Translations under genes and position numbers: made by a program
Notes under the pieces: model-generated
The model's input: the letters and a program-made list of their open reading frames with translations, nothing else
What the model was told of the DNA's origin: nothing
The model's database searches: none
Assembly (NCBI GenBank): GCA_963666975.2
Contig: CAXVYR010000004.1
Location: 480,001 to 544,000 of the forward strand
Direction of reading: 5' to 3'
Length of the DNA: 64,000 bases
From: Terriglobia bacterium
GTDB lineage: Bacteria > Acidobacteriota > Terriglobia > 2-12-FULL-54-10
In this document: in pieces, positions 42,645 through 52,064 of the stretch
Numbering within the stretch: the first letter of the stretch is position 1
How the letters are laid out: each line of letters opens with the position of its first letter

Positions 42645-43997
42645 ATGCAACCCGCTACCCGGATGCCCGTTCCGGAAATTCCTGCCGCAATGTGTAACAT
42701 TTCGCAGGAACTCCAAAGAAAAATCCAGTCCCGGCAGGCTCGCGTGGGCATCGTGGGGCTGGGCTATGTAGGTTTGCCGCTGGCGGTTGAATTTGCCCGC
42801 AGCGGATTTCAAGTTACCGGAATTGACCTGGATACCCGCAAGGTGGAACAGATCCAGCAGGGCAAATCCTACATCGGGGATGTCGATTCGAAGGAAGTGG
42901 CACGGCTGGTGGATCAGAACCTGCTCTATGCCAGTGCCGATTACGCGGTGCTGGCGGAGCTGGACACGGTGAACATCTGCGTACCGACGCCTCTGCGGAA
43001 GACCAAGGACCCGGACCTCTCCTACATCCTGGCGGCTGTCGAGCAGATCCAGAAATATCTGCACCCGGGAGTGCTGGTGATCCTGGAGAGCACGACCTAT
43101 CCCGGAACGACCGAAGAGTTTGTCCTGCCCCGCTTGACGGAAACCGGCATGGAGGTCGGCCGGGACTTCTTTCTCTGCTTTTCTCCGGAGCGGGTGGACC
43201 CGGGCAACCCCCAATTCCATACCCAGAACATCCCCAAAGTGGTCGGCGGAGTAACCCCGACCTGCAGCGAAATAGGCGCCCTCTTTTACCGGCAGGCCGT
43301 CGAGCAGGTAGTCCAGGTTTCCACCACGCAGGTGGCTGAGATGGTGAAGCTGCTCGAGAATACCTTCCGGTCGATCAACATCGGCTTGGCCAACGAGATG
43401 GCTTTGCTGTGCAACAGCATGAAGATTGACGTCTGGGAGGTAATCGATGCGGCCGCCACAAAGCCTTTCGGCTTTATGCCCTTCTATCCTGGTCCCGGAT
43501 TGGGAGGCCACTGCATTCCAGTGGACCCCTTCTATCTTTCCTGGAAAGCAAAGATGAACGGCACGGAGGCGCGCTTTATCGAGTTGGCAGGGCAAATCAA
43601 CGGAGCTATGCCGCAGTTTGTCGTGAATAAGGTTCAAGCGGCGCTGAATGACCGGGAGAAGAGCGTCAAAAATTCCCGGATTCACGTTTTAGGCGTTGCC
43701 TACAAAAAGGACATCGGCGACGTGCGGGAGGCGCCCGCGCTCGACGTCCTGGCGTTGCTGCACAAACAGGGCGCTCGCCTCTCCTACAGCGATCCTATGG
43801 TACCCAGCCTCCGCCTCGACGGACTGGAACTGGAATCGCAGCCTGTGCCTGCAAGCTGCAAGGAAGCCGACTGCGTGGTTCTGATAACGAATCACGCCGA
43901 GTTTGACTACGCGGCCATTGCCAGCGACTCCAGCCTGATCTTGGACACGCGGAACGCCTTCCGGTCTTACAGAATGGATAAGATTGTCCGTCTCTGA
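42645..43997 (+). CDS. UDP-N-acetyl-hexosamine / nucleotide sugar dehydrogenase (WbpA/TviB/WecC family)
   Basis: GLGYVGLP, ICVPTP, LESTTYPGTT, SPERVDPG, GGHCIPVDP; AAGGAG RBS. Confidence 0.95.
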   Translation: MQPATRMPVPEIPAAMCNISQELQRKIQSRQARVGIVGLGYVGLPLAVEFARSGFQVTGIDLDTRKVEQIQQGKSYIGDVDSKEVARLVDQNLLYASADYAVLAELDTVNICVPTPLRKTKDPDLSYILAAVEQIQKYLHPGVLVILESTTYPGTTEEFVLPRLTETGMEVGRDFFLCFSPERVDPGNPQFHTQNIPKVVGGVTPTCSEIGALFYRQAVEQVVQVSTTQVAEMVKLLENTFRSINIGLANEMALLCNSMKIDVWEVIDAAATKPFGFMPFYPGPGLGGHCIPVDPFYLSWKAKMNGTEARFIELAGQINGAMPQFVVNKVQAALNDREKSVKNSRIHVLGVAYKKDIGDVREAPALDVLALLHKQGARLSYSDPMVPSLRLDGLELESQPVPASCKEADCVVLITNHAEFDYAAIASDSSLILDTRNAFRSYRMDKIVRL

Positions 43998-44215
43998 ACG
44001 CGTTTAGCGGCTCACCTGAAACGTCTGTTTTGGCGGTCTCCGTCTACCGAGCATGCTCTCCCCCTGGTGGGGGGAGACGACTGGATGCTGTGCCGGCCCC
44101 CACCCGGCGCGCAAAATGCCACCCGGTAACGACGCGCCTGAAGGCGTGCCCTGACGGAGAACATCGTCACTAATATTCTGTGATCTTCAATAAAATCGCC
44201 CAATAGGGCCAGAGC

Positions 44216-45586
44216 TTACCGGGAACGAATATTCAACACCTTCAGCCGGTACAGAAGCGCCTTATAGCTGATATTGAGAAGCTTGGATGCCTCCTTGCGA
44301 TTCCAGCTGGTTTTATTCAACGCCCGGTGTATAGCCTCGGCCTCGGCCTTCCTCTTCAAGTCGTTGACTTTTTCCGTAAAGGAGCTCTCCGAATCGGACA
44401 ATTGCCCTGCCATGGCCCAGCTCATCTTCTTCTGAAACCGGCTCTGGGTGGCATTTTCCAGCTCTACGGCCACTAAATCGCACCCATCGAGAACCAGATA
44501 GCGGCGGATCAGGTTCTCCAGTTCACGGATGTTTCCTGGCCAATCATACTGGCACATGGCGGACAGCAGCCGCGGAGAAGGCATCATATCCGGACGGCCG
44601 TATTTGGCGCCGTACTTCTCGACGAAGTAGGAGGTCAATGCCGACAGTTCGTCCATGCGCTCCCGCAGCGGCAGCACGCGGATGTTCACCACATTGAGAC
44701 GGTAGTACAGGTCCTCCCGGAAAGAACCCGACGCCAGGACCTCTCCCAGATTGGCGTTGGTCGCCGCCAGCACGCGCACGTTCACGCTCACCGTCGATTT
44801 GCCGCCCAAGCGGCTGTACTGGCTGTCTTGCAGGACCTGGAGCAACTTTGCTTGCAGGGCCGGCGACATCTCCGAGATTTCATCCAGAAAGATGGTCCCT
44901 TTGTCGGCCATCTCGAATTTTCCGGGCTTGGAAGTGAAGGCCCCTCGCTCATAGCCGAACATCTCGCTCTCCAGCAAATCCGCAGGCAGAGCCGCGCAGT
45001 TGATTTTCACGAACGGCTTGCCTCGGCGGTCCGAGGACTCATGGATGGACTGTGCGACCACCTCTTTCCCCACTCCGCTCTCCCCGTGGATGAGGACCGG
45101 CACGTCCGTGTGCGCGATCTGAGAAATGGTCTGCTGAATCTTCAGCATCTGCGGATTCAGCGCGATAAACTGCGGCTGATTCTGCAAAATTTTTGGGGCG
45201 GCGTGTGGAGCATCGTTGGCCACCAAACGGCTTACATAACTTTGGAGCTTGCCCTCCTCGAACGGTTTCACCAGGTAGTCGGAGGCTCCGCTTTGCATGG
45301 CTTCCACGACCACTTCCGGCGAGTTGAGACAACTGAGAACCAGCACCGGCAGCTTCTCGTGCGACTGCCGCAGCCGGCGCAGAGTTTCCATACCGCCGAG
45401 GCCCGGCATCAGCAGGTCCAGTATCACCAGAGCGGGAGCAGGTTTTTCTCCCAGCCTGCGGAGCACCTTTTCACCGTTGTCAACCGTCTCCACGCCATGA
45501 CCTTCCAGCTTCAGAGAAATGTCGATCAGGTGTCGAATTTCCGCGTCATCATCTGCTACAAGTATTTGTGTGTTCATCGCGTTCAT
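44216..45586 (-). CDS. NtrC-family response regulator with a deleted GAFTGA loop
   Basis: REC domain (ADDD, LDL, KP), GESGVGKE, ERGAFTSKPG, HTH. Confidence 0.92.
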   Translation of the reverse strand: MNAMNTQILVADDDAEIRHLIDISLKLEGHGVETVDNGEKVLRRLGEKPAPALVILDLLMPGLGGMETLRRLRQSHEKLPVLVLSCLNSPEVVVEAMQSGASDYLVKPFEEGKLQSYVSRLVANDAPHAAPKILQNQPQFIALNPQMLKIQQTISQIAHTDVPVLIHGESGVGKEVVAQSIHESSDRRGKPFVKINCAALPADLLESEMFGYERGAFTSKPGKFEMADKGTIFLDEISEMSPALQAKLLQVLQDSQYSRLGGKSTVSVNVRVLAATNANLGEVLASGSFREDLYYRLNVVNIRVLPLRERMDELSALTSYFVEKYGAKYGRPDMMPSPRLLSAMCQYDWPGNIRELENLIRRYLVLDGCDLVAVELENATQSRFQKKMSWAMAGQLSDSESSFTEKVNDLKRKAEAEAIHRALNKTSWNRKEASKLLNISYKALLYRLKVLNIRSR

Positions 45587-45603
45587 GAAATTTTGTCCTG
45601 TCT

Positions 45604-46863
45604 TTAGAGGGAAGTAGGAATTAAAACCGAAAATGCGCTGCCTTGGCCCTGCCTGTTTTCCGCCCAGACCTTTCCTTCGTGCGCCATCACAACCTTGCGG
45701 GCTACGGCGAGACCTAAACCAAAACCTTTGGGGGAACCGTTTCCGTTTACAACCCGGGAATATTCTTGAAAGATATCTTGCAAACACTCCGGTGGAATGC
45801 CTCTTCCGGTGTCCTCCACCGATATCCGGACGCTGTTGAAGCCGGCCGGAGACACCACGACCCGGCGATCCTGCTGGGCAAAGACCAGCTCCCGCACCGT
45901 CCTCCGCTCCCAAAAATAGGGCAAACTGCGGATATGGATTTCCCCCCCGGCGGGAGTAAATTTGACGGCGTTATCCAGCAAGTTGACGAATACCTGATGC
46001 ATCTGGTCCGCGTTAAAACGAAACTTGGGAATTTCCGCCGCGTTGTCAAACCGCAGTTCCAGGTTCTTTTCTTCAATTACCTGGCTTAACTCCGCCACTG
46101 CCTGCGCCAGACACTCCTGAATATTCCCCATTTCCATCTGGAGATGGGTCCGGCTGTTGTTCAAGGTGCTCAAATCCATCAGAGAGTTGGAGAGCCCTTG
46201 CAGCCGCCGGCATGTATCGAGAGACCGGCTCAGCAGGTGCGCTTGCAAGTCGTTCACGGCGCCAGCCTTGTTGTGCGCCAGCAGTTCCAGATAACCCCGC
46301 AGCGCAGTCAGCGGGGTGCGCAATTCGTGGGAAGTGCGCGCCAGAAAGTCCGTTTTCCCCTGATCGAGTTCCTGCATCTTCAGATGCGTGACAAATAAAT
46401 CCTTCAAAATCTCCTCTTGCTGAGGAGCGTGGGCGCGGCGCTTCTTTTGCTGCTTCTCATGCTTCTTCCCCTGTTGCTTCTCCAGCCGGAACAGCTTGCT
46501 GTTGAGCCGGATTCGCTCCAGGGCCTGCTGCCAGATCACTTGAAACAGCATCCAGTTCACAGGCTTGAGGATGTAGCTGTAGATTGCCGGTCCCCAGAAT
46601 TCTATGGCCGAGTCCAGGTTCTCTCTCTCCGTCAAAACAATCTTTAAACCTTCCAGGTTGTTCTTCTGGATGGCCTCTGCCAGATGAACATTGCCCTTGA
46701 TGCTGCGGTCCAGAACGATCACATCCCACCGGCGGGCTGTGAAGTCCGTACCGTTCTCCGCTTGGGAAGAATGAAAATGCACTTTCTGGGTGGAGCTGGT
46801 TTCGGTGTGCTTCCGCAGCAAACCCTCAACTTTCGGTTCCAGCCCTAATAATAAGACTTCCAT
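45604..46863 (-). CDS. cytoplasmic sensor histidine kinase with a degenerate N-terminal receiver
   Basis: SHELRTPL H box, NLLDNAVKFT, DTGRGI, GFGLGL; no TM segment. Confidence 0.9.
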   Translation of the reverse strand: MEVLLLGLEPKVEGLLRKHTETSSTQKVHFHSSQAENGTDFTARRWDVIVLDRSIKGNVHLAEAIQKNNLEGLKIVLTERENLDSAIEFWGPAIYSYILKPVNWMLFQVIWQQALERIRLNSKLFRLEKQQGKKHEKQQKKRRAHAPQQEEILKDLFVTHLKMQELDQGKTDFLARTSHELRTPLTALRGYLELLAHNKAGAVNDLQAHLLSRSLDTCRRLQGLSNSLMDLSTLNNSRTHLQMEMGNIQECLAQAVAELSQVIEEKNLELRFDNAAEIPKFRFNADQMHQVFVNLLDNAVKFTPAGGEIHIRSLPYFWERRTVRELVFAQQDRRVVVSPAGFNSVRISVEDTGRGIPPECLQDIFQEYSRVVNGNGSPKGFGLGLAVARKVVMAHEGKVWAENRQGQGSAFSVLIPTSL

Positions 46864-47124
46864 GGGTTATAACAGATCCGCGTGGGGACCGTTCAGGGGG
46901 GGAGAAAGGTCAAACTCAAAAAGTACTGTGCTACCTTAATGGTTTAAAAGTGGAAGGGCAATAGACAAAAAGTCCCAATTTTTGGTCAGGATGGGGACTG
47001 GTACTGACTCGCCGGGAAACTCGCGGGCCAAACTTGGGGCGTAAAGCCAAAAACTTTTCCATTTCTACCCTGAGCCCGGTGCCAGCAGCGCTCTAAACCC
47101 TTCTCCTGCTCATGAAGTGTCGTT

Positions 47125-47140
47125 TGGCAACTGGAATGCA
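47125..47140 (+). promoter_or_regulatory. possible sigma54 promoter
   Basis: TGGCAACTGGAATGCA (GG-N10-GC) upstream of the small ORF 47201-47431. Confidence 0.35.
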
Positions 47141-47682
47141 ACTGCCCTGATTGCCTTCGGCTGAGGAAGTCGGAAGTAGTTTTTTCCCCCGTATGTTTGG
47201 GTGAGAATCTGGATCATCAAAGTGATCATCAAAGTGAAGAAACCGTGCTTTGCCCGGTCATATGTTTGCAAGCAGTTTGGCGACGGATCGCAATCCGAGT
47301 CCGTGGCAATCTTTCTGACCCAGTACCGGGCACGAAAATTTGTCCTCCAGCGGCTTTCCGAGCAGCCGAAATCGCGGAGATTCCAGTGGGTAATCCGGAC
47401 TCTGCCAGCAGAAAGCTTGCATTCGCGATAGAGATTCGAAGCTGTTCGTTTGACACAATAGCGGCTTTGGAACGGTCGCTGAGGCAGCCCGGAGACCAGC
47501 GAATGCAGGAATCTCCGGAAAACTGAAGTCCTCTAATTCCTCCCTTAAAAGAAAAGCTTTTCTCTTCTGTGCTACTGCCTGTATCGAGAGGATTAAACCT
47601 GACAAGCAGGGGAATGCAGCTATCGCGTTCATTTACAATTGGTTATGGAGAAATTGCAACAACATACAGAAAGCATCCCAGA

Positions 47683-47698
47683 TGGCATGCTAACTGCA
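47683..47698 (+). promoter_or_regulatory. sigma54 promoter, probably native to the PEP-CTERM gene
   Basis: TGGCATGCTAACTGCA (GG-N10-GC) followed by GGAGGA at 47715. Confidence 0.6.
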
Positions 47699-47729
47699 AC
47701 AGAGAGATTGTAACGGAGGAATCGATGCA

Positions 47730-48740
47730 AAGCCCAGAGATCGTGATAACCCATGCGGATTTAGAATCAGTGCAAAATGTACTTCTCGATTTGTGTTGCC
47801 AGGCAGCGGTGGAGGCTGGGAGGAACGTCGGCTCGATTGATCAGGCTTCGCGCAAGCTGGCGGTTGCCGGATGATCGCACTCGATCATCCCAGCCTTTTT
47901 TATGCGCACGCTGCCTTCCTCGGCTTGGGGCAACAGGCGGCGCGCATCAGCGACCGCACCTGATCGCCAGCATTTTGTCTTTGGTGCTCAGCCACGTTGC
48001 GCAGCTTATGAGTACGGCAACTGCCTGATTGCTGCCGAATACGATCCCCGCGCGGAGCGCTTTGGCGCCGTGATCACAAACAGCGCTGATCCGTGCGCAA
48101 ACCTTGCTGGCGCAGGCGGGTGAGAAGGTCTTTCAGCAGCGGCGTTTTCGGTCGCGCCCAGTTGAACGCACATGCTTGCGGCCCTCGATGTCCACGCCCA
48201 CGGCGCTGATGACTGGGAGCCGAACCGCTTCCGTCCAGGTAAATATTCGACCTCCTCCCAGCGCCGCGCCAACAGTTCTTCCAGCCGCCGCGCTCCTTGC
48301 TCGGCCGCTTCCCGGCTCACCTGAGACTTGCTGTGGCCATCTCCGGGATCACCTCGCGGTAGTTCGTGAAACCCCTTTCAACAGTTCGATCTCCTCCCCG
48401 TCTTTTGGCTTCGTGATCCCCTTTCCGGCGAGTCCACCCGCAGCTGGCGATCGGCCAGTTTCACCCTCCCCAGCCGGATGCCAGTCCGCTCGCCTTCCCG
48501 GGAGCGTGCTCTGGCTCATGCCAGAATCGTTGCCCGGCCGGCGACGCGCCTCCTGATCAGATCCACCACCGGCAACGCAGTCCGTTGGTTTGGCACTTCT
48601 GGATGGTTTCTTCGGCTCCCTTGGAACCCAGTTCCAAAACATTTTCCCTTCATTCGGCGGTTCTCCCGATTTAGGCTTGGCCCGATTCTACGATTCGGGC
48701 CGAACCGCCGTTCACCTTCAACTATGTATGGGACACCCTC
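47730..48740 (-). mobile_element. IS256-family element with an eroded transposase
   Basis: minus-strand fragments KGVS.RNYREVIPEMA, VSREAAEQG..LEELLARRW, YLDG, VISAVGVDIEGRKHV, GATENAA, LFVI.GAKALR, RTHKLRNV, SLREA, LHRCLAT; end GAGGGTGTCCCATAC; ATG at 48653. Confidence 0.8.
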
Positions 48741-49486
48741 TGCGATTTAGAATAGTGAATGTACTTCTATTTGTGTTCCTATTTGCAGCTACTGGTTCGG
48801 CAGACCCGAGCACACTCCACATCGGCTCTGGGTTCGGGACGCCATGTGCGACTGGAGGCTGCCCAATCTTTGGGACGGAGATAAACGCAGTTGGCCCAGA
48901 CCTCCTTTCTATTCATCAGACATCTGGTGCTCCTAATCTGATTGACCCCGTCTGGCTGATTTTGGGAGTCGCCGACGACCCCAGCGGAAGTGTCCTAGGT
49001 GGGTCCAACGTTGGGCCGGCGACGCTATTCCACGACGCAGTCCCACCGATACCATTACCGATTGACTTCGAAGCATTCCCGAGTTTCGGGTCAGGATTCG
49101 CGGGTCTCATGGTCGCGGGACAGGAAATATATACTTTTCTCGGAGCGGGCATGACCTTAAACAACTCCAATAGCTTCACGAACTGGAGTGCCGCTGTTTC
49201 TGCGCTCTTCGGATTTACCCCTGTAAATTTTGGAATTTACACATACAAACTTGAGCCAGGCCTTTTTGGCGGTTTTGACGGAAAAGATTTCATCGATGTC
49301 GCCCTGAGCGGAATTCCGGAAGGCACTTTCGCGGTTGCCTATGGACAAGATGCCAACGGGAAAGGGTATGGCACTCCTTTCACCGAGTCCGGCGTTACTG
49401 TTCCGGAACCTTCATCCTTCCTTCTACTTGGCACCGGGCTGCTGGGGATCGGAATGATATACCGGAAGAAGCAGAAGAAAGCTTAA
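48741..49486 (+). CDS. PEP-CTERM sorting-domain surface protein with its start codon cut by IS256
   Basis: (A)TG CGA TTT AGA.. signal peptide, C-terminal VPEPSSFLLLGTGLLGIGMIYRKKQKKA. Confidence 0.9.
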
Positions 49487-49517
49487 AACCAGCAAGAACC
49501 TCCTCCCTTTCAGATTC

Positions 49518-49551
49518 AAAAGGCCAGCGACGCGCATCGCTGGCCTTTTTT
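49518..49551 (+). terminator. rho-independent terminator
   Basis: AAAAGGCCAGCGA-CGCGCA-TCGCTGGCCTTTTTT. Confidence 0.85.
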
Positions 49552-49640
49552 GATTCGCTCCAGACATTGCGCCCGCCAGGCGAAACACGGCCTCTGCAGG
49601 CCAGAAGATGGCTGCTGGCACTCCGTCATCCTTCACTAGC

Positions 49641-49714
49641 AGGTTGTTGAAAAACACCATTTACCCACTCCCTCACCCCTCGGCTTCGCTCGGGGCAGGC
49701 TCTCGCGGCTCGGA
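49641..49714. repeat. truncated MITE/REP copy
   Basis: AGGTTGTTGAAAAACACCATTTACCC.CTCCCTCAC with an inserted CCCTCGGCTTCGCTCGGGGCAGG. Confidence 0.75.
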
Positions 49715-49918
49715 GGGATTCACCAACAACGCAGTTCACACCAACTCTGATAATGGTCCAATTGAAGAAGCTTTTTCTATGAACTGCGCAGGTTAAAAAG
49801 AATATCCGGACGGAAGGCGTGTCATTTTTCGGAGAGGAATGTATTGAAATGATCTGGCGATTACCGGCTAGGAAATGAACTCTCGTTGCCAGGAGCCTGA
49901 TGCTCAGAGGGGTAGCCC

Positions 49919-50356
49919 TTACCGCACTTTACCGCTCTTGGCGCCCTTATCTTTTTCCATTTGGAGGAATTCAAAGTGTTCGATGGTGGCTCCCACCCCG
50001 ACGGTGTCAGACCCTGGGCGGTCGACGCGGGCGATTTTGCCGCGGCACCGAATCACCACAGGCCGCCCTCCGAAGGCCTTGACCGGCAGTTGTAGGATAC
50101 ATTCAATCTCGGTTCCGAGCTTCCAATCTGCCGATGCCTCGAAGTAAATGCCCCCGGTGCTCACATCCTTGGTCTCGGCCGGAATCGCTGCTTCCGCCGG
50201 TTCCTTCGGGCTCCGCGAGCGCTTGACCGCGCAGGGAAACCTCACCAAATACCGGTGGGATTTTCTTTGCTCGCTCTTTGTTTGCAAATTGTTTCTCGAT
50301 CCGTGATGCTTGCTCAACGTATCTGTTTCTTGATACTGTATCCTCAAATTGTACAA
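49919..50356 (-). CDS. PilZ domain protein
   Basis: QRKSHR (RxxxR) and DVSTGG (DxSxxG) motifs. Confidence 0.85.
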   Translation of the reverse strand: MYNLRIQYQETDTLSKHHGSRNNLQTKSEQRKSHRYLVRFPCAVKRSRSPKEPAEAAIPAETKDVSTGGIYFEASADWKLGTEIECILQLPVKAFGGRPVVIRCRGKIARVDRPGSDTVGVGATIEHFEFLQMEKDKGAKSGKVR

Positions 50357-50764
50357 CGCCTGTGCTCAGGGACTTTTTACTCAGCTTCAACCCGAACAGA
50401 CGCTCCTGGCGGTTCCCCCTATCCTAAAGCTCCTCATCCTCATTTTAGGCAGTTTGGTGGCCAAGCCAGCACCCTTGCGAGCATTTTCTCCCACATCCTC
50501 AACTGTTCGGTTTTCTTGCTAGTTTTCAACCTATTGCGGGGTTTTAGCGAGGAAGAACCCGGTCGCGTGGCCGACAATTGCCGGCGGCACGGAGAAACCA
50601 GGTGCCACAACGGGGTATAAAAAAGGAAAACCTTTGCCGCTATTGCTTGGCACTGGAAAGGAAACAAAGTTGTCCTGTATGTTATAGGGCTGGCTGGACT
50701 TTCCCGGCAAGACGTCTCTTTCCCATCAATTCCAAAATGTCGCTGCCCGTGGCCCCTCGCCCCT

Positions 50765-51220
50765 CTACCACGAACTGTAGCTGCTTCCATCCAGGGCCGC
50801 TTGATTGGAACCGCTGTGAATATCCACTATACCGGGCGCTGTCTGCGCCGGATTCATGAGGACGTCGTCTTCGTATACCGTCACCCAAGTATCGTTGGCC
50901 CTCGTAAACGGGTCCACTGGAATATCCCTTAAATATCCGCCTGTGACCAGGTCCTCCAACGCTTGTGGCGCTTCCTCTTTGTCGAGCGTGTACTGATCGA
51001 TGAGGGAGCGCATGGTGAACAGGTGATCGTGCAATACGGCTTCTCTGGCGCTGATAATGGAGTTTCTGTACATCGGCACCGCTATGGAGAGCAGCGTCAG
51101 CAGGATCGTGATGACGATCATCAACTCAATCAAGGTGAAGCCTGCCCACGGCGGGCAGCGCCCCGGCCGCTCCGCGCCTCGAATTGGCGTGTCGATTAGC
51201 AATGTGTCCGGTAACAACAT
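50765..51220 (-). CDS. type II secretion pseudopilin (GspG-like)
   Basis: AG|FTLIELMIV prepilin motif, AREAVL..L, YLRDIPVDPFT, DIHSGS..ALDGS.Y.SW. Confidence 0.9.
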   Translation of the reverse strand: MLLPDTLLIDTPIRGAERPGRCPPWAGFTLIELMIVITILLTLLSIAVPMYRNSIISAREAVLHDHLFTMRSLIDQYTLDKEEAPQALEDLVTGGYLRDIPVDPFTRANDTWVTVYEDDVLMNPAQTAPGIVDIHSGSNQAALDGSSYSSW

Positions 51221-51262
51221 GTCTGGCTCCGGCGGTCCTTGCTCAATTCTTGTTCCTCTAAC

Positions 51263-51507
51263 AGGTTGTTGAAAAACACCATTTACCCGCTCCCTCACGG
51301 GGTCCCCAACGCGCCGCTTTCAGCGCGACGGGGTGTCTCACGGTCGCGGCTCGGAATCGGCGTGCTGCTTTTGGCTGCACTGACCGAGCCGCGCGCGCCT
51401 GTCCCGCCTGCCCTGCCTGCCCTGAGCGAAGTCGAAGGGAGCATAGTCGAAGGGAACGAAGCCGAGGGATTAGCAAGCGGACCCATACACCAGTTTTTCA
51501 ACAACCT
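51263..51507. mobile_element. 245-bp MITE with 15-bp TIRs carrying nested REP-like repeats
   Basis: AGGTTGTTGAAAAAC ... GTTTTTCAACAACCT perfect inverted ends; no credible ORF. Confidence 0.75.
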
Positions 51508-51564
51508 CCCAATAAGCAATTCGGATTATCAAAGCGGAAAATTTCACCGCGGGCGCCACGCCGC

Positions 51565-52050
51565 TCACCATTCCGAATACCGGGTCCCATCCAGGGCCGT
51601 CCCCTGGCTTCTTGTGTAGATGTCAAAGACGTTCTCCCCGCCGAACGAGGTCGAGTCGGGATCGTCCTGGTAGGACCGCAGACCCCACTCGGTAGAATCC
51701 GTCATCGGGTCCCGGGGAATGCGCCGCAGGAGCTTCAATTTTTTGTCGGGAGAGTTCGATATCTCCACGCCGTCCGCGAGTGTTTCCAAATCCGGCGGAT
51801 AGCCTTCCGATTCCAGCTCCACTTGGAGGAGCCCCCGATCTGACGCTTCTTTATAGCGGTCAATGGCGGTGCGGATCTCCCGCAGGCTGCGGCGCAGTTC
51901 CCTTTCTTGCGCACGCTTCAGTTGGACGCGGGCCAGAGGCAAGGCAATTGTGGAAAGAATCAGCAGGAGAGTAAACGATACAATCAGTTCAACCAGCGTA
52001 AGTCCCCGCTGCGAAGCCTTCCTCTTTTTGTAGGCGCCGTAATCAGCCAT
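51565..52050 (-). CDS. type II secretion pseudopilin
   Basis: RG|LTLVELIV, ERELRRSLREIRTAIDRY, LRRIPRDPMT, WGLRSY. Confidence 0.9.
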   Translation of the reverse strand: MADYGAYKKRKASQRGLTLVELIVSFTLLLILSTIALPLARVQLKRAQERELRRSLREIRTAIDRYKEASDRGLLQVELESEGYPPDLETLADGVEISNSPDKKLKLLRRIPRDPMTDSTEWGLRSYQDDPDSTSFGGENVFDIYTRSQGTALDGTRYSEW

Positions 52051-52064
52051 AAGAAGAAAGATGA

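Noticed and set aside
47725-47874. Small ORF MQSPEIV.. after the sigma54 promoter
   Set aside because: Its sequence is a blend of the PEP-CTERM gene start and antisense IS256, not a real gene
48590-48740. N-terminal extension of the 298-aa PEP-CTERM ORF
   Set aside because: Derived from the IS256 end; the real protein begins MRFRIV with a signal peptide
51221-51298. Upstream start of the pseudopilin ORF at 51298, and the similar short ORFs at 19265, 49608, 51239 and 55575
   Set aside because: They are translations of, or start within, the MITE/REP repeats
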